Below, in pieces: positions 8,495 through 19,129 of a DNA stretch of 64,000 bases. The position numbers and the translations under genes are program-made. The DNA comes from Fibrobacterota bacterium. Its GTDB lineage: Bacteria; Fibrobacterota; Fibrobacteria; UBA5070. The number at the start of each line of letters is the position of its first letter. Position 1 is the first letter of the stretch. The stretch lies in contig JAKPQQ010000255.1 in NCBI GenBank assembly GCA_029557215.1, forward strand, positions 16 to 64,015, in the 5' to 3' direction. A model generated the notes under the pieces. The model saw only the letters and a list, made by a program, of their open reading frames with translations. It did not search any database and was not told the origin of the DNA.

Positions 8495-9334
8495 ATGGCC
8501 AGCGTCTACGCCCACACCGACTACCGCAGGTTCCTGCGCGAATGGTACGCCGAAGAGAAGGCGAGGCGACCCCATCTGTCCTTCCGCTGGATCGAGCAGA
8601 AGACCGCCACGGACCACAGCCTCCTGTCCAAGATCTTCGCGGGGGAGCGCCACGTGTCGTCCACGCGGGTGCCGCAACTGGTGGATCTGGTGGGGTTGAG
8701 CGGGCTGGAGGCGGACTATTTCCGTCTGCTGGTGCAGTACGGAAAGGCCAAGAGCGCCAAGGAGGCGCAGCACTGCTTCGCCAAGCTCGCCGAACTCCGC
8801 CGGGTGGCTCCGGTGCCTCTGGAGGAAGCGCAGTCCGGATTCTGGGATTCGTGGGTGAACGTCGCGGTGCGGGCCCTCGTCGGCTGCGGAAGGTTTTCCG
8901 ACGGATTCGAAGAGATGGGCGCCTTGCTCCAGCCCCGGGTTCCCGGGGCGCAGGTCCGAAAGGCGCTGGCGACGCTGTCCGGACTCGGGTTCGTGGAACG
9001 CGACGGAGACGGATTCTGGCGCATCCGGGAGCCGTTCGTGAGGGGCGTGTCGGCCGCTCAGGGGCGGTCGTTGCGGCACTTCCACCGCCAGACCCTGCTG
9101 CTGGCCGCCGAATCGGTGGAGGGGCTGCCGCCCGCGCTGCGCGATCTTTCCTCCGTGACGGTCTCCATCCCCGCGTCCGGATACGACGAGATCCGCGAGA
9201 TCGTGAAGGATTTCCGGTCGCGCGTGCTCACGGCCGTTTCGCGCATGTCGGATCCCGACCGGGTCTACCAGGTGAGCGTCCAGATGGTGCCGCTGGCGCT
9301 CCCCAAGGGCGTCGAGCGGGGCGTCGGAGACTAG
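8495..9334 (+). CDS. TIGR02147/DUF4423-family putative HTH regulator, paralog C
   Basis: ATG at 8495 inside track ORF 8018..9334. Begins MASVYAHTDYRRFLREWYAEEKARRP... Colinear with paralog B, including long identical nucleotide runs such as TGCTTCGCCAAGCTCGCCGAACT. Confidence 0.85.
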   Translation: MASVYAHTDYRRFLREWYAEEKARRPHLSFRWIEQKTATDHSLLSKIFAGERHVSSTRVPQLVDLVGLSGLEADYFRLLVQYGKAKSAKEAQHCFAKLAELRRVAPVPLEEAQSGFWDSWVNVAVRALVGCGRFSDGFEEMGALLQPRVPGAQVRKALATLSGLGFVERDGDGFWRIREPFVRGVSAAQGRSLRHFHRQTLLLAAESVEGLPPALRDLSSVTVSIPASGYDEIREIVKDFRSRVLTAVSRMSDPDRVYQVSVQMVPLALPKGVERGVGD

Positions 9335-9341
9335 AATTGCC

Positions 9342-10862
9342 ATGATGACGCCCGCCTCGCCCTCCCGGTTCCGCCGTCTCCTCGCGTCCTTCGCCCTGGC
9401 GCTGGCTTCCTGCGGGGACGACCGGGTCGCGGGCGGGACTTCCGGCGCCGAAGCGGAGAACGCCGTGAGCGCCAGGATCCTGCTTCCGGACGGGACTCCC
9501 GCGAAAGGGGTGCCCGTGGTGGCGAGGCCGTCCGGAGCGTTGACGGATTCCGTCTGGGCGCGCGGCGTGACCGACGATTCCGGAGTGGTTTGGCTGCGGT
9601 TGCCCGCCGCGCGGGAGTGGACCCTGGAAGCCGAGACGGATTCCGTCGCGACCTTCGCGCGGGTGGATTCGGGGTATCGCGGCGATGTCGCCGTCGTGGC
9701 AGGGCTGGAGCGGAAGGCCGCGCTGTCCGGCCGGTTCGTCCCCACCGGGGCGTCCTCCTTCGAGCTGTTCGTGGCGGGCCTGGGGCGTTCCACGACGGTC
9801 GGACCGGACGGGACCTTCTTCCTGGACGGACTGCCCGCGGGCATCGTGGAAGTCCGTGCGGCCGATCATCCCGTCGGATGGTCCATAGAGCTGTCCGCGG
9901 GCGACACCACCCGGGTCTCGCTGGATCTTCTGGAAGCGGGAAAGACCGCGGGGTCCCCCGGGGCCCCCATGTTGATGGCCTACCAGTTGCCGGGGAACCG
10001 CTACGCCGGATTGCCGATGGCCGCCGAATTCACCTTGCCTCCGGGGTGGCCCGCCGACCGGTTGCGGTTCGTCGCGCTGTCCGGGGCGATCGTTCCTGTG
10101 CAGTTGGCGTCCTTCGATTCGGTTTCCCGCGCCATCCGCGTCTGGTTCGTTCCCGGTGCGGCCGAACATGCGGGGAGCCTGCGGGTCTCGCTCGATTCCG
10201 TTCCGGCGGGGACATCGAAAGGGCTTCCGTTCGCAGGACAGGATCTGGCGAAGGTGGTCCTGTTCTCGCTGCCGCCTTCGAAATCGGGCTCGAGCGACGC
10301 CTGGCTCGATCTCGTCTCTGGGAGGACGCAGGTGGGGAGTTCCACGGTCTCGTACGGTTCGGATTCCGGCATCGCCCTCGGGGCGGGGATCGTGTCGCGG
10401 GATGCCGCCTCGATGCTCGTCCTGGGCGGCGCGAACCTGCCGGATTCGCTCGCCTACGCTTCGGTCCGCTTGCGGGTTCAGGACGGCTGGGGCAGGCCCG
10501 TGCGGATCCTGGAGCTGCGGGACACGAGCGGCGTGCCGATGGCGAAGATCGCGCATGTTCCCGACAGCCTGGTCTTCGAGACGAGCCTGGGGCGCAAGGC
10601 CTTCCGCGTGACCGGCGATTCGGCGATCTGGCGCAGCTACGCCATTTCCCGGCGCGGTCCGAACTGGGAATTCTGGATCGACGGCGATTCGGCGACCTCG
10701 CTCCCGCGCGATCCCGCGCAGGTTCGCGGGGATCTGTTCGTCGCGGAAGGCGGACGGATCCGGCTTTCCGAACTGTTCCTGGGATCGGTCGAGCTTCCTT
10801 CGCTCAAGCTCCGCATGCTGGGCCTGAAGAGCTACACGAATTTCTATCCGGCGGTGCGCTGA
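9342..10862 (+). CDS. lipoprotein: carboxypeptidase-regulatory-like repeats + DUF2341-like + LamG-like domain (module C)
   Basis: Track ORF starting 7 nt after the regulator C stop. Lipobox FALALASC followed by GDDRVAGGTSGAEAENA. ARILLPDGTPAKGVPVVARP...TDDSGVVWL is CarboxypepD_reg-like. DRLRFVALSGAIVPVQLASFDSVSRAIRVWFVPGAAEHAGSLRVSL is DUF2341-like. Confidence 0.8.
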   Translation: MMTPASPSRFRRLLASFALALASCGDDRVAGGTSGAEAENAVSARILLPDGTPAKGVPVVARPSGALTDSVWARGVTDDSGVVWLRLPAAREWTLEAETDSVATFARVDSGYRGDVAVVAGLERKAALSGRFVPTGASSFELFVAGLGRSTTVGPDGTFFLDGLPAGIVEVRAADHPVGWSIELSAGDTTRVSLDLLEAGKTAGSPGAPMLMAYQLPGNRYAGLPMAAEFTLPPGWPADRLRFVALSGAIVPVQLASFDSVSRAIRVWFVPGAAEHAGSLRVSLDSVPAGTSKGLPFAGQDLAKVVLFSLPPSKSGSSDAWLDLVSGRTQVGSSTVSYGSDSGIALGAGIVSRDAASMLVLGGANLPDSLAYASVRLRVQDGWGRPVRILELRDTSGVPMAKIAHVPDSLVFETSLGRKAFRVTGDSAIWRSYAISRRGPNWEFWIDGDSATSLPRDPAQVRGDLFVAEGGRIRLSELFLGSVELPSLKLRMLGLKSYTNFYPAVR

Positions 10863-10988
10863 AAAACGATTCCGGAACACGCGCCAGGGGGCGTCACCCC
10901 CGCCGCGAAGGCGCGAACGCGCCGCAGCGGGAGATCGGGGGCGCGGACCCCTCGGCTGGGCTCGGGGCATCGCCCCGCAAGGATGGAC

Positions 10989-11019
10989 AAAAAACGCACC
11001 AGGCGGATCGCCTGGTGCG
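10989..11019 (-). terminator. rho-independent terminator downstream of pgm
   Basis: On the minus strand CGCACCAGGCG-atc-CGCCTGGTGCG forms an 11-bp perfect stem, followed by TTTTTT. It lies 85 nt past the pgm stop. Confidence 0.7.
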
Positions 11020-11103
11020 TCGGACGATTCGTCCCGAGGAGGCCGCGTGCCGAAGGCATGGCACCCGGCCGCGCCTGCAGGCGCGGGGCGCCCGTATCCC
11101 CGG

Positions 11104-12747
<1,644 letters not shown>

Positions 12748-12847
12748 GGATCGACCTTTCTGCGATGGACTGCTTGTACGATGAAAGAGTCCGTAAAAAT
12801 ACCTCTCCCTTGGCGGGAACGCCCGTGAGGGGTACGTTTGCCCAGAT

Positions 12848-13321
12848 ATGTCCAACGGAAGCATCCCGATCACTCGGGAAGGCTACGACAAGCTCGTGGC
12901 CGATCTGAAACTCTACAAGACCGTCGAACGGCCCGCGATCATCCTGGCCATCCAGGAGGCGCGCGCCCAGGGCGACCTTTCCGAAAACGCCGAATACGAC
13001 GCCGCCAAGGAAAAACAGGGCAAGATCGAAGACAAGATCTCCGAACTGGAAGACAAGATCGCCCGCGCCCACATCATCGAGGCCGACGCGTCGCAGTCCG
13101 AGACGGTGATCTTCGGCGCCACGGTGACGGTCCTGGACGCCGCCGTCGGCAAGACGCTGGAATACCAGCTGGTGGGGCCGGAGGATGTCGACGTCATGCG
13201 CAACCGCATTTCCATCCACAGTCCGATCGGCAAGGCCCTGGTCGGCAAGCGTCGCGGCGACACCGTGGAAGTCACCACTCCCCGCGGTGCGAAGAGCCTG
13301 ACGATCCAAGCGTTCCGCTGA
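12848..13321 (+). CDS. greA: transcription elongation factor GreA
   Basis: Track ORF of 157 aa. Contains ITREGYDKL...[20 protein letters not shown] and a C-terminal [17 protein letters not shown]. Confidence 0.9.
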   Translation: MSNGSIPITREGYDKLVADLKLYKTVERPAIILAIQEARAQGDLSENAEYDAAKEKQGKIEDKISELEDKIARAHIIEADASQSETVIFGATVTVLDAAVGKTLEYQLVGPEDVDVMRNRISIHSPIGKALVGKRRGDTVEVTTPRGAKSLTIQAFR

Positions 13322-14319
13322 TGCCGGCCGCGCTCGTCCTCATCCACGGCGACAACCCTCCCGAACGGGAGGCCGTGCTCGAGGTCGAGCTGGCCAAGGC
13401 ATTGGGTGGCGACACCACCACGATGGGCCGCCACCTGTTCCAGGGTTCGGAAACCGATGGACAGGATCTGTCTACCGCGCTCACGCCCAGCCTGTTCTCC
13501 GAAGCGGGAGCGGTGGTGGTGCAGGGGGTGGAGGAATGTTCCGCCGCCATCAACGAGATCCTGCTGAACGGAGCGCTCGGCGCGCTGGAAAGCGGCATCT
13601 CGGTGATCCTGGTGGGCGAGAAGGGTCCCAACCAGACCAGCAAGGCCGGCAAGGCCCTGATGAAGCTGGTCAAGGAAAAGGGGCGCGAGATCCCCTGCCC
13701 GGCCCCCAAGCTGCACGAGCTGCCCCGTTGGGTGGAACAGCGCTGCAAGTCCAGGTTCGGGCGCTCCATGGAAAAAGACGCCGCGGCGATCCTGGTCGAC
13801 CGCGCCGGGACCACCGACTACCGGAAGGTGGGCGAGGTGCTGTCGGACCTGGACCGGGAGCTGGAAAAGATCGACAGCCGCCTGGAAAAGGGCCAGAAAG
13901 TGACCGAAGCCCTGGTGGAGGAGCTGGTGGGCGACCGCCGGCCCGTATCGCTGCAGGATTTTTTGGACGCGCTGGCCCACCGCAAGCCCACCGAGATGGT
14001 AAGATCCCTGCTTCGCTTGCGCGAAGAGGGAATGCCGGGATTCCTGCTGGCCCAGACCGCATGGAGCGAATTCATGCAGCTGTTCCGGCTCCGGAAGGCC
14101 ATGGATCGCGGTGCCCGCGGCTCGGAAGCCGCCCGCGATCTCGGGATCAATTCCTTTGTTTTCCAGAAACGCGGCTTCGAGGCCGCGGCGCGCTCCCGGA
14201 GCGCGGAACGATGGTTGTCCGACATCGGTGTCCTGTGCAGGATCGAATCGCAGGACAAGCGCGGGCAGTACCAGAACGAATGGCTGCTCGAATTGGAGTT
14301 CCACCAGATCGCACGTTGA
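13321..14319 (+). CDS. holA: DNA polymerase III delta subunit-like protein
   Basis: The ATG overlaps the greA stop (TGATG). 332 aa. The size, the N-terminal LVLIHGDNPPERE block and the helical C-terminal region resemble HolA. Identified by eye only. Confidence 0.55.
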   Translation: MPAALVLIHGDNPPEREAVLEVELAKALGGDTTTMGRHLFQGSETDGQDLSTALTPSLFSEAGAVVVQGVEECSAAINEILLNGALGALESGISVILVGEKGPNQTSKAGKALMKLVKEKGREIPCPAPKLHELPRWVEQRCKSRFGRSMEKDAAAILVDRAGTTDYRKVGEVLSDLDRELEKIDSRLEKGQKVTEALVEELVGDRRPVSLQDFLDALAHRKPTEMVRSLLRLREEGMPGFLLAQTAWSEFMQLFRLRKAMDRGARGSEAARDLGINSFVFQKRGFEAAARSRSAERWLSDIGVLCRIESQDKRGQYQNEWLLELEFHQIAR

Positions 14320-14330
14320 GGAGCTGACTC

Positions 14331-15083
14331 ATGGCCGACATCGTCGAAACCCCACGGACCCCCACGGGCTGCGAAGGCTTGGACCGGATGCTGCGAGGCG
14401 GACTGGTGGACGGCTACTGCACGGTCGTGGAGGGGTCTCCCGGCACCGGCAAGACCACGCTGGGCCTGCAGTTCCTGGTGGAAGGCTGCCTGCGCGGCGA
14501 GCCAGGCATCGCGATCACCTTCGAGGAATTCCCCGAGCAGTACTACGACAACGCCGAACAGCTGGGCTGGGACCTGCGCAAGTTCGAGGAACAGGGGCTT
14601 CTCAAGATCCAGTTCTCGGATCCCATCTCGTTCCTGGAAGGCCTGCAGGACATCGACGGCCATGTCGCCGACCTGGTGGACGGCATGGGCGCCAAGCGGA
14701 TCCTGGTGGACAGCGTGAGCCATTTCGAGCGCCTCACGAACGATCCGGGCACGCTGCGCCGCATCGAGACGGATCTTGTCCACGCGCTCAAGCGCGAAGG
14801 ATTGACCTCCATCCTGCTCAAGGAGAACCCCCATGTGCTGGGCGGCTGGGACAAGGGCGACAACCGCGTGGCGTTCATCGCCGACGCGCTGATCCTCTTG
14901 CGCTACATCGAGCTGGAATCCGAGATCAAGCGCGGCCTGGTGATCCTCAAGATGCGCGGTTCCGACCACGACAAGGAGATCCGCCAGTACGTGATCAAGG
15001 AGAAGGGCCTGGTTCTGGGCGAGCCGTTCCAAGGCGTGGCGGGCCTGTTCGTGGGAACGGCGCGCGGCGCCGACAAGAACTGA
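14331..15083 (+). CDS. single-domain KaiC/RadA-like RecA-superfamily ATPase
   Basis: Track ORF; GAGGAG lies 7 nt upstream. Contains GCEGLDRMLRGGL, Walker A EGSPGTGKTTLGLQF, Walker B RILVDSV and ILKMRGSDHDKEIRQY. Confidence 0.8.
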   Translation: MADIVETPRTPTGCEGLDRMLRGGLVDGYCTVVEGSPGTGKTTLGLQFLVEGCLRGEPGIAITFEEFPEQYYDNAEQLGWDLRKFEEQGLLKIQFSDPISFLEGLQDIDGHVADLVDGMGAKRILVDSVSHFERLTNDPGTLRRIETDLVHALKREGLTSILLKENPHVLGGWDKGDNRVAFIADALILLRYIELESEIKRGLVILKMRGSDHDKEIRQYVIKEKGLVLGEPFQGVAGLFVGTARGADKN

Positions 15084-15109
15084 TCGACAACCCGGTTCCG
15101 GAGGTTCCC

Positions 15110-15697
15110 GTGCTCCAATCCAATCGCATCCTGGTGAAGGAACAGGTGGGCCTGCTCAAGCTCGCCGACCGCTACGACCTGTTCGACCCCGAATCGGGGC
15201 GTTCTCTGGGGCACTGCCAGGAAGTGCCTCCCTGGTATTCCTACGTGCTGCGGTTCGTGGTGAACAAGATCGCGACCCCCACCGTCGTGGAGGTGATTCC
15301 GGAAGGACGGACCCAGCCGCTGTTCCGGATCCGCCGTGGATTCCGGCTGCTGCGCGCCGTGGTGCAGGTGGAGGACGCCCTGGGGCGGCCCATCGGTACC
15401 CTGCGCAGCAAGATCCTGAGCTTCAAGATCGACATTTCGGTGCTGGACACCCAGGAGCGCCAGATCGCCCGGGTCACCGGCGACTGGAAGGGCTGGAACT
15501 TCAATCTGGCTTCGCCGAGCGGCGAGATCCTGGGGACCATCGCCAAGAAGTGGGCGGGCGTGGGCAGGGAGCTGTTCACCTCGGCCGACAACTACATGAT
15601 CGAGCTCGCCGAAGACAAGAGCGGCGACAACAAGGTCCGCACCATGCTCCTGGCCGCCGCCTTGGCGATCGACATCTGCTTCAAGGAAAAGGGCTGA
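15110..15697 (+). CDS. phospholipid scramblase / LURP-one-like family protein
   Basis: GTG at 15110, 5 nt after GGAGG, in frame within track ORF 14111..15697. Scramblase-family pattern: NRILVKEQVGLLKLADRYDLFD, IRRGFRLLRAVVQVEDALGRPIGTL, IAKKWAGVGRELFTSADNYMIEL, LLAAALAIDICFKE. Confidence 0.75.
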   Translation: MLQSNRILVKEQVGLLKLADRYDLFDPESGRSLGHCQEVPPWYSYVLRFVVNKIATPTVVEVIPEGRTQPLFRIRRGFRLLRAVVQVEDALGRPIGTLRSKILSFKIDISVLDTQERQIARVTGDWKGWNFNLASPSGEILGTIAKKWAGVGRELFTSADNYMIELAEDKSGDNKVRTMLLAAALAIDICFKEKG

Positions 15698-15749
15698 ATC
15701 TCGCACCCTTGCGAGGGATGGAAGCTGGATTATCTTTGGTGGCCCACCA

Positions 15750-15834
15750 GGAGAGGTGGCAGAGTGGTCGATTGCGGTAGACTCGAAATCTATTGTAGGG
15801 AAACCTACCGGGGGTTCGAATCCCTCCCTCTCCG
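15750..15834 (+). tRNA. tRNA-Ser (anticodon CGA)
   Basis: Hand-folded cloverleaf. Acceptor GGAGAGG/CCTCTCC; anticodon stem GTAGA/TCTAT with loop CTCGAAA; long variable arm GTAGG-GAAA-CCTAC; T arm GGGGG-TTCGAAT-CCCTC; discriminator G. CCA is not encoded. Confidence 0.85.
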
Positions 15835-15963
15835 TTTGTCGCGACGCAGGTCGTGACCAAGGTGCCAGGGCCCGCGCGGCATCGCGCGGCTGAACCCCGC
15901 CAGGCCCGGAAGGGAGCAACGGTGTGTCGATTGCGGTGGGCGCCGCGGTAACCCTGGTTTCTC

Positions 15964-16003
15964 GAAGGCCTCGGATCCAAGATCCGGGGCCTTCGCGTTT
16001 CTT
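15964..16003 (+). terminator. putative rho-independent terminator
   Basis: GAAGGCCTCGGATC-caa-GATCCGGGGCCTTC (14-bp stem, one mismatch) followed by GCGTTTCTT. It lies 130 nt downstream of tRNA-Ser. Confidence 0.5.
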
Positions 16004-16022
16004 GCCCTGGCGACGCCCGGAC

Positions 16023-16061
16023 AAAAAGAAAACGCGCCCCGGGAGTTGTTCCCGAAGCGCG
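16023..16061 (-). terminator. putative terminator downstream of the SDR gene
   Basis: On the minus strand CGCGCTTCGGG-aacaact-CCCGGGGCGCG (two mismatches) is followed by TTTTCTTTTT. It lies just past the SDR stop at 16088. Confidence 0.5.
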
Positions 16062-16087
16062 CCCAAGAGTTCGACGGAATCTGTCTG

Positions 16088-16798
16088 TCAGATCTTGGCG
16101 TCGCGCAGAAGCTGCGCGCAGAAGAACTGCGCCTGCGCCGCGTCGTCGGCGAGCATGACGGGAACCATGGCGCCGGGCAGGACCGTTTCCGGCGCGTTGT
16201 CGGCGTTGGGGCCTCCCAGGTCGGTGCGCAACCAGCCCGGATCCATGCGGGACACGACGATCTTGGTGCCCTTGAGAAGCGCGCCCAGGTCGTCGGTCCA
16301 CTTGTCCAGGGCCCACTTGGAGGCGCCGTAGGCGGCCAGCTGCCAGGTCTTGTCGATGCCCGAGGTCACATTCACGATGCGGCCCCAGCCCTTGGCCTGG
16401 ATGCTGGGCAACAGCAGGGTGGTCAGGCGCATGGGAGCGAAGATGTTGATCTGGAACACGCGGGCCCAGTCGGACATGTCCTGCTTGGAGATGTCTTCGG
16501 TCCAGGTGCTCATCACGGCCGCGTTGTTGTAGAGGATGTCCACGCCGCCCGCGGCCAGCACTTCGGCGGCCAGGCGATCGACCTGCGCGGGATCGTGGAG
16601 TTCGGCGGCGAACGCCTTGCCGTCGGATCCGGCGGCGCGAACGAGCGCGAGGGTGGCTTCGGCGGCCTGGATCGTGCGGCCGTGCACGAACACGCGGCAA
16701 CCCTGCTGGGCCAGCGCTTCGGCGACGAGCTTGCCCACGCCGCGGCTGGAGCCGGTGACGAGAGCCGTCTTTCCTTCGAGTTTCTTCATGGGAGCCAT
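16088..16798 (-). CDS. short-chain dehydrogenase/reductase (SDR) family oxidoreductase
   Basis: Track ORF. Has TGSSRGVG (TGxxxGxG), NNAA and YGASK (YxxxK). Alternative ATG at 16789. Confidence 0.85.
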   Translation of the reverse strand: MAPMKKLEGKTALVTGSSRGVGKLVAEALAQQGCRVFVHGRTIQAAEATLALVRAAGSDGKAFAAELHDPAQVDRLAAEVLAAGGVDILYNNAAVMSTWTEDISKQDMSDWARVFQINIFAPMRLTTLLLPSIQAKGWGRIVNVTSGIDKTWQLAAYGASKWALDKWTDDLGALLKGTKIVVSRMDPGWLRTDLGGPNADNAPETVLPGAMVPVMLADDAAQAQFFCAQLLRDAKI

Positions 16799-16932
16799 CC
16801 TTGTCCGAGTGAATCTGGTGATCTGGAGATCGTTGCGGATGCGATGTGCATTGGTCGCGAAGCAGGGGCGGAGAGTTCACAAAACCAATGGCGAAGGGTG
16901 TTTCAAGGGAGCCACACGATCGCGCGCGAACG

Positions 16933-16961
16933 AAAAAGGCCACCCCCGAAGAGGGGTGGCC
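16933..16961 (-). terminator. rho-independent terminator downstream of tRNA-Gly
   Basis: On the minus strand GGCCACCCC-tcttcg-GGGGTGGCC is followed by TTTTT. Confidence 0.6.
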
Positions 16962-17037
16962 TTGCGTTCGATGCAAACCGTTCCTCTCCTCGGCTCCCGC
17001 CCTGGTAGGGCGGGTGAGGGGTGGGTTGGATCTGCGA

Positions 17038-18239
<1,202 letters not shown>

Positions 18240-18266
18240 TCTTCCTGTCCTAGGACGAGGATCCGA

Positions 18267-18305
18267 CGCCTCGGAGGTTGACCGCCTCCGGGGCGTTTCT
18301 TTTTC
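18267..18305 (+). terminator. rho-independent terminator downstream of ilvC
   Basis: ACGCCTCGGAGG-ttgaccg-CCTCCGGGGCGT followed by TTCTTTTTC. Confidence 0.7.
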
Positions 18306-18554
18306 GTGAAACCGGATTCATGGTCGTCGAACGATGGCGGTCCGGTGGGAATGCCGCGGAAGCGCACCTGGAGATCGCGGGGAGTGTCCATTGACGCGGC
18401 TCCCCCGAGGATGGTCAAATGGAGGCCGGGTCCGTTCTTGCCGGTCCGTCGGCGCATCCCACGAGGATCTTCCCGTGACATCTCCATTGCCAACGTTCTG
18501 TACGCAATCCCCCGTCGCGCTCCATGTGTCCGCGCCTTCCGAACGCGTTCGGCC

Positions 18555-18965
18555 ATGAAGTACATCAAGGAGCATGTCCCGACCGTGGTCCTGGCCGACG
18601 ACGAGACCCACATCCGCATGATGATGCGGGTCGTGCTGGCCCGGGCCGGATTCCAGATCCTGGCCGAAGCGTCCAACGGAAACGAGGCGGTGGAGCGTTG
18701 CCGGGAGTCCAAGCCCGACATCGTCCTGCTGGACATCAACATGCCCGTCCTCAACGGGGACGAGGCGTTGCGGAAGATCGTTTCCGACAATCCGGGGGTC
18801 GTGGTCATCATGCTGACCTCGGTGTCGGACAGCTTGACCGTGAGCCGTTGCATCGAGCTCGGCGCGGCCAACTACCTGCGCAAGGACACGCCGGTCCAGG
18901 AGATCGCCGCAAGGGTCCTCCAGACCTGGAAGGACAGCCACACCGAGCCGGGAGGCGCCGAGTGA
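18555..18965 (+). CDS. stand-alone CheY-like response-regulator receiver protein
   Basis: ATG at 18555 inside track ORF 18306..18965; 136 aa. Acidic pair LADDE, phospho-acceptor context IVLLDINMP, MLTS and YLRKD. Confidence 0.85.
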   Translation: MKYIKEHVPTVVLADDETHIRMMMRVVLARAGFQILAEASNGNEAVERCRESKPDIVLLDINMPVLNGDEALRKIVSDNPGVVVIMLTSVSDSLTVSRCIELGAANYLRKDTPVQEIAARVLQTWKDSHTEPGGAE

Positions 18966-19129
18966 GGGAACGAATTCCCCTGGAGAAGCTCCTGCTGGAG
19001 ATCGTCGACGACGAGTTCGCCGAGGCCCCGGCCAGGTCCAGGCAGGTTTCGCAGGACGAGATCGGCGAAATGGTCGCGCGCAAGCGGGCCGAGCGCAAGC
19101 CAAGGACCGGCGATGACTCCGAATCCTGA
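18962..19129 (+). CDS. hypothetical 55-aa charged protein bridging the receiver and ATPase genes
   Basis: GTG at 18962 overlaps the receiver stop (GTGA), and the ORF ends 17 nt inside the ATPase gene. Translation: VRERIPLEKLLLEIVDDEFAEAPARSRQVSQDEIGEMVARKRAERKPRTGDDSES. GC3-rich codons are consistent with coding. No homolog recognised. Confidence 0.35.
   Translation: MRERIPLEKLLLEIVDDEFAEAPARSRQVSQDEIGEMVARKRAERKPRTGDDSES

Noticed and set aside
12748-12847. Sigma70-like promoter in the pgm/greA divergent region (TTGTAC ... TAAAAAT)
   Set aside because: The spacer is only about 14-15 nt and the promoter consensus for this lineage is unknown. Too weak to report as a feature.
18963-19112. Possible TGA read-through or selenocysteine fusion of the receiver and the PilB-like ATPase. 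The two genes are in the same frame, separated by one TGA and 49 stop-free codons.
   Set aside because: The in-frame translation of the gap (GNEFPWRSSCWRSSTTSSPRPRPGPGRFRR...) is not protein-like, and no SECIS-like hairpin follows the TGA. An alternative-frame 55-aa ORF, or a plain intergenic spacer, explains the gap better.
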